Assembly (NCBI GenBank): GCA_038087875.1
Contig: CM075990.1
Coordinates: 9,364,001 to 9,424,000 of the forward strand
From: Malacoraja senta
Lineage: Eukaryota
DNA: 60,000 nucleotides
Reading direction: 5' to 3'
Made by a program: the position numbers and the translations under genes. Positions 13,281 through 25,423 of this stretch are shown piece after piece. The notes under the pieces were generated by a model. That model was not told the DNA's origin and did no database searches. It saw nothing but the letters and a program-made list of their open reading frames with translations. Position 1 is the stretch's first letter. The number at the start of each line of letters is the position of its first letter.

Positions 13281-16200
13281 TCAAATTAAAATATTAACAT
13301 TTTTATCTATAATATATTCACCCTCCTGCGGTGACCATCGTTCACAGAAGGCCTCCACAGTCCCCGTGGACACCGCGTGTTCCCTCTCTAGGGACACGCG
13401 GGCACGGACGTAACCCCGGAAAAGGGGCAGGCAGCCGACCGCTGTGCGGCCATCGACCGCCCGCTGCCTGGAGCCGCGAATGGCCATCTTGGCCAGGCCC
13501 AGGAGCAGTCCGACAGGGAGACCCCCTCCTCCCTCCCGACCCTCCCCCCCTGTACCGGGTGCCCATAGATTAATAGCGTTGGACTAAAATGTAGCCAAAA
13601 CTTGAGGAGCAGCCCTTTCAGATACTCGAACAGGGGCTGCAACCTCTCGCACTCTATATACACGTGGAACACGGTCTCTTCCTCACCGCAGAAATGACAC
13701 GCAGGGGAAGAGTCCGTGAACCGGCTCAAGTACCTATTACAGGCCACGGCTTTGTGCAAAACTCTCCACCCCAGGTCCCCGATGTAAAGGGGGAGGACTC
13801 CCTTGTAGAGAGACCTCCACTGGGGACCGCTCCCCTCGTCAGGTGGTAACACGGACCGCCAGGGTGTGTCTGGACGGAAGACGAGAGCGAGGAAGTGGAG
13901 AGTGTGCAAGAGCAGCCTGTACATTACACGCCTCTCCGCGCCACGGAATGGCACACTGGGCATCTCAGAAAGGCGGCTCATGTTGCATGGGGCCGGCTCT
14001 CGGGGAGGGTCCCGGGCCATGGGCCCTATGAACAATTCCGACTGAGCGGGGGTAAGCTCGTCCGGAATCGCTCCATGCACACGCCTCTCCTCGACACCCA
14101 CCGTCACAGCCACGACACCCCCCTCCCCCTGAGGAGCAGGGCCCTGGCTGAAGTTGACCAAATTCCTGGCCTTCAGGAGTTCACGGTAAAAGCCAGGCAA
14201 CTCCCGCCTAGCGCGTAGAATCATGCCCGCTACCGGGAGCCGGGAGCCCTCCTGAAGGCACCGCCCCTGACGGAAAAAGTACGTCGCCAGCACGTGCCAT
14301 TTAGGAGGGTAGTCCGAGTAGACGTACCTCCGCAGGGTCCTGAGTCGGAGAGCCGCCACCTGGGTACGAATACAGACCAGCGCCTGACCACCCTCCTCCA
14401 ACGGGAGACTCAGAACCCCAGCAGAGACCCAGTGGTTCCTCTCCCCCCAGAAGAAGTTGACCAATCTCCTCTGTAACATGGTTATAAAATAAGAGGATGG
14501 GACCATAGTGGCCATCCGGTACCACAGCAGAGAGGCCACCAGCTGGTTTATAACTACAGCCCTTCCCCGGTAAGAGAGCACACCAAGTAGGCCTGACCAA
14601 CGTCCCAGCCGGGCGACCACTTTCGCCTCCAGCTCCTGCCAGTTCGCCGGCCACCCCTCCTCAGCGGGACTCAGGTAGACCCCCAGATAGAGGAGGTGCG
14701 TGGTACTCCACGCAAAACCTGCCATCTCCTCCGGCAGGGAGCCCACCTGCCACCCACCCACCAAGAGACCAGAACACTTCCCCCAGTTGATCCTGGCGGA
14801 AGATGCAGCCGAGAAAACCTGCTGGCACTCACGCATCCTCCGCAGGTCAACAGGGTCGGTGAACATCAGAAGGACATCATCGGCGTAGGCCGAGAGAACC
14901 ACCTCCATCCCCGGCCCCGGTAAAGCCAGGCCTGTCAACCTCCTCCGGAGAAGGCACAGGAAAGGCTCGACACAGATGGAATACAGCTGGCCGGACATGG
15001 GACATCCCTGACGAACCCCCCTCCCAAAGGGAATGGGGGCCAACAAAGAGCCGTTGACCTTAACAAGGCATTCTGCAGCAGTATATAACAGTCGGACCCA
15101 GGCCACAAAATGCGGTCCAAATCCGAACACCTGCAGAGTCCCAAGAAGGTAGTCGTGCTCCACCCTGTCAAACGCCTTCTCCTGGTCGAGGGAGAGAAAG
15201 GCGACCAACTGACCAGCCCCCTGGGACAGATGGATCAGGTCCCGGAGCAGATGGATATTGTCCTGGATGGACCGGCCCGGGACTGTGTACGACTGGTCAG
15301 GGTGGATCACCTGGGACAGCACGGGACCCAGGCGATTCGCCAATGCTCGTGCAAAGACTTTATAGTCCGTGCTGAGGAGAGAGACCGGGCGCCAGTTCTT
15401 CAAAAGGCGAAGATCACCCTTCTTGGGCAGCAGGACAACAACTGCCCTGCGCCAAGAGAAAGGCATCTCCCCGGTCGCCAGGCTCTCCCCCAGGACCTTC
15501 ATATAGTCGCCCCCCAGGACATCCCAGAAGGCTCTAAGGTACTCCACAGTCAGCCCATCCAGCCCTGGAGACTTGCCCCTCCTGAGCTGGTGCAGGGCAA
15601 CAGTCAACTCCTCCAGAGTTAGGGGATCATCCAGGTGTTCAGCCACATCATTGCACACAGCGGGTAAGCCCTCCCACAGGACTTCTTGCGCCTCCCCACT
15701 CGATGTGCCAGCCGAGAACAGAGTCCTGTAGAACGACCGAACTGAGGCACCAATGCTCTCTAGATCTGTGACAGAGGAGCCATCATCCGCAAGCAACTCT
15801 ACAAGCTGCCTGCGGGCTCCTCGCCCCTTCTCCAGAGAAAAGAAAAAGGGGGAGGCGCGGTCCAGGTCGTGCAACATCTGGACCCGCGACCTCACATACG
15901 CACCCCGGGACCTCCTAAGCTGCAATTCCCTCAGTGCTCCCTTCTTCTCCTGGTATTCCACCCACTTACACGAAGCCCCACCAGTCTGATCCAGACGAGC
16001 CTCCGAGTCCAGCAACTCTCTCTCAAGCCGTCCGATCTCGGATTCCCGCCCCTTGGTCGACCCCCTCGCATAGTCCTGGCAAAACTGACGGACGTAGACC
16101 TTCCCCACGTCCCACCACTGCCTTAGCGGAAAGGAAACGCCCCTGCCTCTCTCTCCACCTCGCCCAGAACTGCCTGAATGAATCCCAGAATCGGCAATCC

Positions 16201-16956
16201 TCCAACAGCTGGCTATTAAAATGCCAGTACGCGGACCCTGCCGTGTGCGCGCTGGGATAAAATCCACTCGCACCAGGCAATGGTCCGAGCATGGCGCCGG
16301 CTGCATGGAGGCCGCCGAAACACAGGAGACATAGGCCTTGGACACGTATAAATGATCAATACGGGAACCACCACCCTCAAACCTGTACGAGAAGGCGTTA
16401 GAGTCGGGATGGAAATTCCGCCAAGCATCTACCAGCTCAAAAGAGTCCACCATCTCCCTCAAAGTCTTCACTGCTCCCGGGTCACGCTGAACGCCAGAGC
16501 GATCTCTTGTCTCGAGGGCACAATTAAATCTCCCCCAAGGAAAACACACTCCCCACGGTCGATAGTATTCAACAACGTGGTCACTTCCCTTGTTAAGCGC
16601 GTCTGCATTGCGCCGATCTTGGGGGCGTACACATTAACGAAGTGTAATGGCACGCCATCCAAGCGCACGGCCAGATACAGCAAACGGCCTGGTACAACCT
16701 CCTGCACTTTGAGGATCTCTGGCTGGAAAGACGGGGCCAACAGGAAGGCTACTCCACTCGATTTGGAGCTGAGATGACTCATGTAGACCCCCCCTTCCCA
16801 CTCCAGGAGCCATGTGGGTTCATCACTAGCCACAGTGTGTGTTTCCTGCAGGAAGCTCACCGCATACCTCCCGTCCCTGAGCACTGAGAGATGGTGAAAC
16901 CTACGGAGAGACCCCCTGCCCCCATTGATATTCAGGCTGGCTATAGTGAGCTTCAT
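13281..16956 (-). pseudogene. Tx1 ORF2 (APE endonuclease, RT, C-terminal CCHC finger) with several frameshifts
   Basis: SLNING, FLQETH, VNVYAP, SDH, DQEKAFD, GVRQGCP, YADD, CHFC-x7-H-x4-C; frame breaks near 16520, 16230/16130 and 13520. Confidence 0.92.
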
Positions 16957-19042
16957 TTTGAAAGTACACTAGATCTTTTACCCCTCCCCGGTGATGGGTT
17001 GGAGCCGCCCCTACCCTTCTTCCCTCTCTTTAGGGTCTTAAAAAGCTCTTGGAACTGGCGCCTCTCATTTCTTACTAGCCCCGCCTCATTCCCCTTCTTC
17101 TGAAGGATGGCATGAATAGACTGCATGGGCGCCATCAGGTCCGACCAGCGGTCAACAGCCAAATCCACCTTATTCCTACTCCCTCTAGTTTCCTTTAAGA
17201 ACTTCCGAAGTTCCCAGACTTCGACAAGTCGAGACACGGGGCCACGGGTGGAGCAATCCGTCAACTCACTGTCAACGTACTCCGCGTACCCTTCCTCCTC
17301 GCACTCAATGTCCGAGCCCGAGTCCAGAAGGTTACTACTCTCATCCGCCTCGCTCACCCCTCCCTGTGAGGTGGGCATTCCAGCCACATCACACAGTCCC
17401 TCCTCTGTTACCATCCCACCCCCAGGATCAGTGACAGGGGCAGGTACCAGTGCCTCTGACCGCGGCAAGCTATCTGACAATTTGCCAGTCTCCTGCACGC
17501 TCCCATCGCCCTCTGTAACCGGATTGGGAACAGTGAAGTCAGAGCAAGTCTCCGGGCCTTGCTGTAAGCAGGTCTGTCTGGAGTCCGACCTAAGGACACG
17601 ATCCAAAACGATCTTGCCCTCCTCCGCACCCAGGGTATCCGCCCCTGCACCGTCACCCAGAGAGTCCCCGTCCCCCACCACCAGGTGAATCCCCCCACTG
17701 TGGCCCTCAGGGGCCGATGTTACTGGAGTCTCCCCTGCTCCCTCAACCAGTGGGGCATCACACCCCTCAACTGGGCTTGTAGCCTCAACGGGGAGCTCAT
17801 GCTGGGGACCCACCCCCTCACCCAAGTCCCCCCCTTCAGGCTGCCCCTGGTCACCCACTAAGCTAGCAGACGTGTTTTCTGGGGGAACAGCCCCCAAGAG
17901 CAATATATCTCCACTCTCAGGTGGTCCCAGACCTACAGAGGCATCCTCCCCCTCAGAGGAAACGTGCCCTGGGTACCCCACCTCAACACGAGGGGAAGGC
18001 TCCCCTTCAGGTTGCCCCTGAACTTCAGGGCCCTTCTCTGTATCGGAGGACCCATGCCTCCTCCTCTTCGAACCACTGGCGTACGGTGGTACGGTGAGCT
18101 CCATTGCAGAAGCCTCTACCTCCACACTACCGTCTATCTCAGAGGCGAGCATGAAATTATCTGCTGCCTGGGGTCCCGCTTGGAGGTGATCATCTTCTAG
18201 GGGATCAGCCTGGAGATGTTTATTCTTTTTCTTGACTTTCCTCCCCTTCTGATGCTCCCAAACCTTCCCATCCACCCTACGCACTTCTCCGGCATCCACC
18301 GCCACAGGTACGGGACATGGGGGTGGTGGGGGGATAGGGGTTGGGGGTAGGGGAGTAAAGCCTTCACGGGCCACCGTGATAAAACCAGCAGCCCCAGATG
18401 GGCCTGTAGTGCTTTCCCGTGCCATCGTGGTTGAACTGGCAGCCCGGGTCCTGGGACAATTCTTGCGAAAATGCCCCACCTTTTTGCAAGCGTGACAACG
18501 CACTTGGCCCGCATTCCAGAGAAATCATCCACCTCCACCTCAAAACTCCCCTCCGTGTCCGTCCCCTGTGCCAACTGTATATACACGCGACGCTTGAACG
18601 TATATATATGCTGCATCTCAGGATCGTCAAACCTGTACAACAGTTTGGTGAGCCCTGACCGCACCTCCCCCAGCTTCCTTACATGTGGGAGCAGGAGCGC
18701 ATCCGGAACAAAAGTGGGAACGTTGGACAGAATGACCGGCAAAACGGGACCCCCCCATGGGTCCACTGCCGCGAAAATCCCCCCTGCTGTTACCCCCCTT
18801 TCCAGAGCCAGAGCCACCGCCTGTTCAGTCTTTAGTATAACCACAACCTTCCCACTGACCACCGCGCCCGAGACGATGGCTTTCTTGCCAACAGTCTCAC
18901 CCAACGCATCTAGAAAGGCCTTTAAGGGCAGGTTGCTCTTCATGTACATTTTTACACCATATGTGCGCCCCATCAACTCGTGGCCCTCAGTCTTGGAGAC
19001 TGCTGACCGTGCAGCAGCTGCATAACTCTGAGTGGCCGCCAT
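16953..19042 (-). pseudogene. Tx1 ORF1 (gag-like, zinc knuckle) with one frameshift near 18510
   Basis: Starts MAATQSYAAAAR at 19042; LSNVPTFVPD; CHACKKVGHFRKNC (CX2CX4HX4C); long low-complexity acidic tail. Confidence 0.88.
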
Positions 19043-19913
19043 CTTTAGGGCGTGGCACAACACACAAAGTATCAGTAGTTTATATCCAAAACAGTCTTTC
19101 TGCTGTTGCTGCACCTCCACTCTTTTCCAGCAGTTAAATAGTCTTGTGAAGGCTTTCTTGGCAAGCAACAGAAGCAGTCTCCTCCTGATAAGATAGGAAT
19201 GTCCGTGCCAATCCTCCCCGTCGTCAAAAATGGAGCTTCCTTATGCTTCTTCCCCGGCTTCAACGAAATCCAAGGCACTGTTGCCGTTCTTACCCAGCCC
19301 ACCTGGACCGGGCAAGTCGGTGTAGGAGGGAGCTTTCCGATGTTACTGACCACAAACACCACTCTAGACTCAGCTCCCACTCGTTCAAGTGTAACTTGGC
19401 CTTCCGCCAGCCACTGCCGCTCCTACGACTTTCCAGATACACGGACAAATCCTCCCTAATTAGAGGAATCTTTGAACAAAGAAAGTCTCTGCAGATCGAC
19501 AAAGCTCTGAACTGCAAAGTCTGACTGCTTTTGTTTCTCCCCGCCAAACAAAACCTTCCGAAAAGTTCATCCAATCCTCCCCGCCAGCAGAACAGCTCCT
19601 CACCTGGCCCCGCTCTGGGAGTAGGAGTGGGGGCGGATCCGGATCCACAACAGCCATGAGCCCCAGGCCGAGCTCGGCAATTGTTTGCCTGCTTCTGCTG
19701 CAGTTGGAGGTGAGACATTGCGCCGCGCCAGGGTCTTGGGCCTGTCCCACTTTGGCCGTCAGTTACACGACAGGCCGGTGGCGCGTGAAGATTTTGTGCA
19801 GGACGAAGTCCACACTCCTCCACGCCACTACATGCGCCCGTCCTGCGCTACCCACACGCTAGCAGGTCGCGTAAATGGCGCACGAATGACGGCCAAGTGG
19901 AACAGGCCCTTTA

Positions 19914-21975
19914 CCAATCAAGTATCTGTCAATCTCTGCCTTCAAAATATCCAATGACTTGGCCTCCACGATATTTGTGCCAATGAATTTCACAGATCCA
20001 TCACCATCTGACTGAAGAAATTCTTTGTCATCTCCTTTCTAAAGGCATGTTCTTTTATTTTGAGCCTACACCTTCTGATCCTAGACTCTCCCACTAGTGG
20101 AAATATCTCCTCCACGTCCATTCTATTCAGGCCTTTCACTATTCAATGAGTTTCAATGAGGTCCGTTCTCATCATTTTAAACTCTAACGAGTGCAGGCCG
20201 AGTGTGGCCAAACACTTATGTTAACTTAGTCATCCCCTGGAACATTCTTGTAAACCTCCTCTACACCCTATCCAATGCCACCACACCCTTTCAGATATGG
20301 GGCCCCAAAGCTGCTCACAATACTCTAAATACGGTCTGACCAGTGCCTTATACAGCCTCAGTATTATATCTCTGTTTTAATATTCTAGTCCTCTCAAAAG
20401 AAATGCTAACATTGTATTTGCCTTCCTTGCTACCCATTCAACTTGCAAATTAACATGTTATGAATCTTGCACCAACACTCTCAAGTCCTTTTGCACCTCC
20501 GAATTCTGAATCCTCTCCCCACTTAGAAAATAGACTACGTCTTAGAGAAACATAGAAAATAGGTGCAGGAGTAGGCCATTCGGCCCTTCAAATCAAGCAC
20601 CGCCATTTAATATGATCACGCCTGATCATCCAAAATCAGTACCTAGTTCCAGCTTTTTCCCCATATCCCTTGATTCCCTTAGCCCTAAGAGCTAAATCTA
20701 ACTCTCTCTTGAAAACATCCAGTGAATTGGCCTCCCCTGCCTTCTGTGCTAGGGAATTCAATAGATTCCCAACTCTCTGGGTGAAGAAGTTTTTCCTCAT
20801 CTCAGTCCTAAATGGCCTATCCCTTATTCATAAACTGTGACCCCTGATACTGGACTCCGCCAACATCGGGAACATTGTTCCTGGCATCTACCCTGTCCAA
20901 TCCTCTAGGAATGTTATGTGTTTCTATAAGATTCCCTCTCATCCTTCTAAATTCCAGTGAATACAAGCCCAGTCGACCCATTCTTTCAGCTTTATTCCTA
21001 CTACCAAAATACATTACTGCACACTTTGCTACATTGTATTCCATCTGCCACTTATTTGCCCAATCACCCAAGCAGTCCAAGTCCTTCAGCGGAGTTCTTG
21101 CTTTCTCTGCACTACCTGCCACTCTTTGTATTATCCACAAACTTGACCACAAAGTCTTCAATACCCTCATCCAAATCATTGATATACAATGAGAAGAGTA
21201 GCATCCCGCACACAGACCCTTGCGGAACATCACTAGTCACTGGCACTCAACTCGATAAAGGTTCATAAGGTTCATAAGGTTCATTTATTGTCACATACAC
21301 CAATTGGTGCAGTGAAATTTCACTGGCCAGGTCAGTCATACAATTTTAAAAAGCAACAGACTCAAAAAACACATTTTAACATAAACATCCATCACAGTGA
21401 CTCCTACACATTCCTCACTGTGATGGAAGGCGAAAATAAAGTTCAAGTCCTTCCCTTTTTGTTCTTCCTTGGTCGGGGGCCTCGAGCCCCCCGTTGACGG
21501 GACGGTCTTGAGTCCCGTAGCCGGCGGCGTTCGGGCCCTCCGCATCGAGGCGTTCAGCTCCAGCATCAGGGGGGGATGTCAGCTCCCCTGCGCCGGGCGG
21601 TCAAACCTCGCGTCGGGGCAGGACAAACCTTTTATTTCCACTCTTTGTCTTCTGCCATTCAGCCGGCCTTCTATCCATACTAGTATTTTCCCTCTAATAC
21701 CATGAGCTCTCATCTTCTTTAGCAGCCTCACGTGTGGGACCTTAAAAAGCTTTCCGAAAATCCAGGTGAACAACATCCACTGACTTTCCTTTGTCTATCC
21801 TGCTGTTAGTTTGTCAGGCTAGATCTCCTCCTTCACAAAACCGTGCTGACTTCAGCCTATTTTATCATGTGCTTCTAAGTACTTGGAAACTTCATCCTTT
21901 ATAATATAATAACGGACTCTAAAATCTTACCAACCATTGAAGTCAGGCTAACTGGCATATAATTTCCCCTCTTTG
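19914..21975 (-). mobile_element. Degenerate CR1 LINE, with a second CR1 3' fragment nested at ~20545-20989
   Basis: Antisense homology to the RT and 3' region of CR1 4731-7560; second tail agaaacatagaaaatagg at ~20546. Confidence 0.85.
21257..21625 (-). mobile_element. Non-coding retroposon with Rex/Babar-like tail, inserted in CR1
   Basis: Ends gtgacaataaa(tgaacctta)n on the minus strand; 12-bp hairpin shared with ~10086-10118. Confidence 0.6.
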
Positions 21976-22099
21976 CTTCGCTTCCATCTTGGACAGCAGA
22001 GAGACTAATTGAGAAATGTTGAAAATTCAGTATACTGATTGCAGGAATTTTTCAGAAGATTTTCTCTGCAAACACACCCCACCACAAAGTTTTCATAGG

Positions 22100-22322
22100 G
22101 AAATCAATAGAGGGAGAACAAAGCGGGAAGAGACAGAGACTTTAAGACTTTTGCCTCCATCACAGTGAGGAGGTGCCTGGTGAACTCACTGTGGTGGATG
22201 TTAATTTGTGTTTATTGTGTGTTTTGTCATTTATTATTATATGTATGACTGCAGGCAACGAAATTTCGTTCAGACCGAAAGGTCTGAATGACAAATAAAG
22301 GAATCTCTAATCTCTAATCTCT
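22100..22322 (+). mobile_element. 3' fragment of the same hairpin-bearing retroposon family
   Basis: ccatcacagtgag...ctcactgtggtgg hairpin, ttcagacc-gaaa-ggtctgaa hairpin, gacaaataaa and an (aatctct)n tail. Confidence 0.6.
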
Positions 22323-22371
22323 CTAGTGTAATACAGATGTGACCAGTTTGCAGAACATCTACAAGCATCAT

Positions 22372-22576
22372 GTTAAAGAAGGAACTGCAGATGCTGGAAA
22401 ATCGAAGGTACACAAAAATGCTGGAGAAACTCAGCGGGTGTAGCAGCATCTATGGAGCGAAGGAAATAGGCAACGTTTCGGGCCGAAACCCTTCCTCAGG
22501 CCCGAAACGTTGCCTATTTCCTTCGCTCCATAGATGCTGCTGCAGCCGGTGAGTTTCTCCAGCATTTTTGTGTACC
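22372..22576. mobile_element. Fold-back Penelope pLTR mini-insertion with 15-16-bp TSD
   Basis: Inverted arms; (c)atctacaagcatcat duplicated at 22356-22371 and 22576-22591. Confidence 0.85.
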
Positions 22577-23389
22577 ATCTACAAGCATCATCCCTTTTGT
22601 CATTTACTCTCTCCTGGATTCCACATTACAGATCTTCCCTTTTATTCTTTTCTCTCGCCCAAATTTGCTGAATCTTAAACGTGATTTAATATCTAACTTT
22701 GATTGACCCGAAAACAATAACTCTGTTTTGTCAAGGGTGCAGTCTAACCTCCTGAGTATTTCCAGCATTTCCTTCTTTTATTTGGCAAACCGAGAGCTTT
22801 TGATCAACTGGTAGGAAACATAATTATTTTTTGAATGTTTAATAACAATAGGCTCTATTGTTCAGAACAAAGCAGCTGACAAATGTCACTGTGACAAGTC
22901 TAACAGTGAATTATACAAGTATATCTCCAAAAGCACCAACAATTGACAATGCAGATAAATGTTGTTGTACAAAAGGTTTCACACTGTTTTAATAATGAAT
23001 ACCTGGTTCATACCTGGTTCGATATGAAGTAAAAACGAAGCAAAGCCAAGATATTCAATTCACTTAACAAATCAATCAAACTCAATTCTGCAAACAAATC
23101 ACTTCTGGTAAAACAGTACATTTGCAGCTCAAACAGAATCAGACAAGCAATTAATTGGACATTCGTTTTCAAAGACCCTTCAGTTCCTATCATATAGTTT
23201 GGCAGCTGGCTTCTGCCAATTCATCGCGCATATAGGAAGCTATTCTTAAAGAACTGGATGATATGACTGAAAAGAACAGGATAATATGAAAATTGAAAAG
23301 TGTCATTGTGATTCTCTTTCCTATTCAGTCCTCTATTAAGAATAATTCATTGTGGTAGAGCTAGAAACTGAGTAGGGAACTAGTTTCAT

Positions 23390-23960
23390 GAAGGAAGCAG
23401 AAGGCGGTGGTAGAAGGGTGCTTTTGTGACTGGAGGGTTGTGATGAGACAGGAAACTATGTGACGCATGAATCGGAGATGTTGGGTGTGTGCATTCAGTT
23501 TTGGTCACCGTGATATAGTAAGAATGTCATTAGGCTGCAATAAGTGCAGAGAAAATTTACAATATTGCCAGGAGTTGAGAGGCTGAGCTATAGGCAGCGA
23601 ATGGGCAGGCTAGGTCTTTATTACATAGAGCACAAAAAGCCGAGGAGTCTTTTACCCAGGGTAGGCAAATTAAAAACAAGAGGGCATAGGTTTAAGATGA
23701 GAAGTTCAAGATGTAATATAAACCTGAGAAGCATGTCTTTCACTCAGAGAGTGGTGGGTATATGGAACAAGTTGCCAGAGGGGGGTAATTGTGGCAAATA
23801 CTGTAACAGTATGTAATGGACACGTGGACAGGTACATGGTTAGGAAAAGTTCAGATTGATATGGGACAAGTGTAGACAAATAGGACAAGGTTACATGGGG
23901 CATCTTGGTCGGCATGTACAAGTTGGGCTAAGGGGTCTGTTCCCTGTTAAATGACTATGT
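23390..23960 (+). mobile_element. Old CR1 3' fragment
   Basis: TRGHRFK and FTQRVVGIWNKLP motifs. Confidence 0.75.
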
Positions 23961-24114
23961 CACTATATTGTACTCCCATTCCTCTGCAGTAAAAGCGAAA
24001 ATATTGTTTTGATCGACTTGCTTGACATTGATTCACTCTTCATATTTATTTATTGTACATCATTGTCAAGTAATACGACGTATTTTGTGAGCACTCAACT
24101 GATGTTATGTTATG

Positions 24115-25423
24115 AAAGCAGTGACAGGATCGGTCAAAGTCAGCATGGATTTATGAAGGAGAAATCGTGCTTGACCAATCTTCTGGGATTTTTTGAGGAT
24201 GTAACAAATAGAATGGATAAGGGAGAGTCAGCGGATGTGGTGTATCTGGACTTTCAAAAAGCCTTTGACAAGGTCCCACACAAGAGATTAGTGTGAAAAA
24301 TTAGAGCACATGGTATTGACATGGATAGTGAACTGGTTGGCAGAAAGGAAGCAAAGAGTAGGAATTATCGGGTCCTTTTCAGAATGGCAGTGACTAGTGG
24401 GGTGCCGCAGTGCACAGTGATGGGACCCCAGTTATTTACAATATCTATTAACGATTTAAACAAGAGAATTAAATGTGACACCTCCAAGTTTACAGATGAC
24501 ACAAAGCTGGGTGGCAGTGTGAGCTGCGAGGAAGATGCTAATAGGCTGCAGGGTGACTTGGACAGGTTGGGTGAGAGGCCAGATGCATGGCAGATGCAGG
24601 CTAATGTGGATAAATGTGAGGTTATCCACTTTGGTGGCAAGAACAGGAAGGCAGATTATTATCTGAATGGTGTCAGATTAGGAAAAGGGGAGGTGCAACG
24701 ATACCTGGGTGTGCTTGGACATCAGCCACTGAAAGTAAGCAAGCGGGTATTTCAGGCAGTGAAGAAAGCTAATGGCATGTTGGCCTTCATTGTGAGAGGA
24801 TTTGAGTTTAGGAGCAAGGATGTCCTACTGTAGTTGTACAGGGCCCTGGTGAGACCACACCTGGAGTATTGTGTGCAATTTTGGTCTCCTAATTTGAGGA
24901 AGAACATTATTGCTATTGAGGGAGTGCAGCGTAGGTTCACCGGGTTAATTCTCGGGATGGTGGAACTGACATACGATGAAAGAATGGGTTGACTGGGCTT
25001 GTATTCACTGGAATTTAGGATGAGAGGAGATTTTACAGAAATATATAACATTCTTAAAGGATTGGACAGGCTAGATGCAGAAAAATGTTCCCAATGTTGG
25101 CGGAGTCCAGAACCAGGGGTCACAGTTTAAGAATAAGTGGTCGGCCATTTAGGACTAAGATGAGGAAAAACCTCTTCACCCAGAGAGTTGTGAATCTGTG
25201 GAATTCTCTGCCACAGAAGGCAGTGGAGGACATTTCACTGGATGTTTTCAAGAGGGACTTAGATTTAGCTCTTTGTGCTAAAGGAATATGATATGGATAT
25301 GGATAGGATATGGGGGAAAAGCAGGAACGGGGTACTGATTTTAGATGATCAGCCACGAAGGGCCGAATGGCTCGAAGGGCCGAATGGCCTACTCCTGCAC
25401 CTATTTTTCTATGTTTCTATGTT
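24115..25423 (+). mobile_element. 5'-truncated CR1 LINE
   Basis: SQHGFMK, DFQKAFD and FTDDTKL with stops; tctatgtt tail. Confidence 0.92.

Larger units (their letters stand above)
13167..19604 (-). mobile_element. Near full-length Tx1-clade non-LTR retrotransposon (about 6.4 kb)
   Basis: ORF1 + ORF2, poly(A) tail (T run at 13167-13183), TSD tggccccgctc at 13156-13166 and 19605-19615. Confidence 0.93.
12930..19910. mobile_element. PIF/Harbinger-type MITE split by nested insertions
   Basis: TIRs agagcctgtcccactt (12930) and aagtggaacaggccct (ending 19910); TTA TSD at 12927-12929 and 19911-19913; extra internal TIR copy at ~19738. Confidence 0.7.

Noticed and set aside
13331..19957. Many plus-strand ORFs
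   Set aside because: Antisense shadows of the Tx1 element and the MITE
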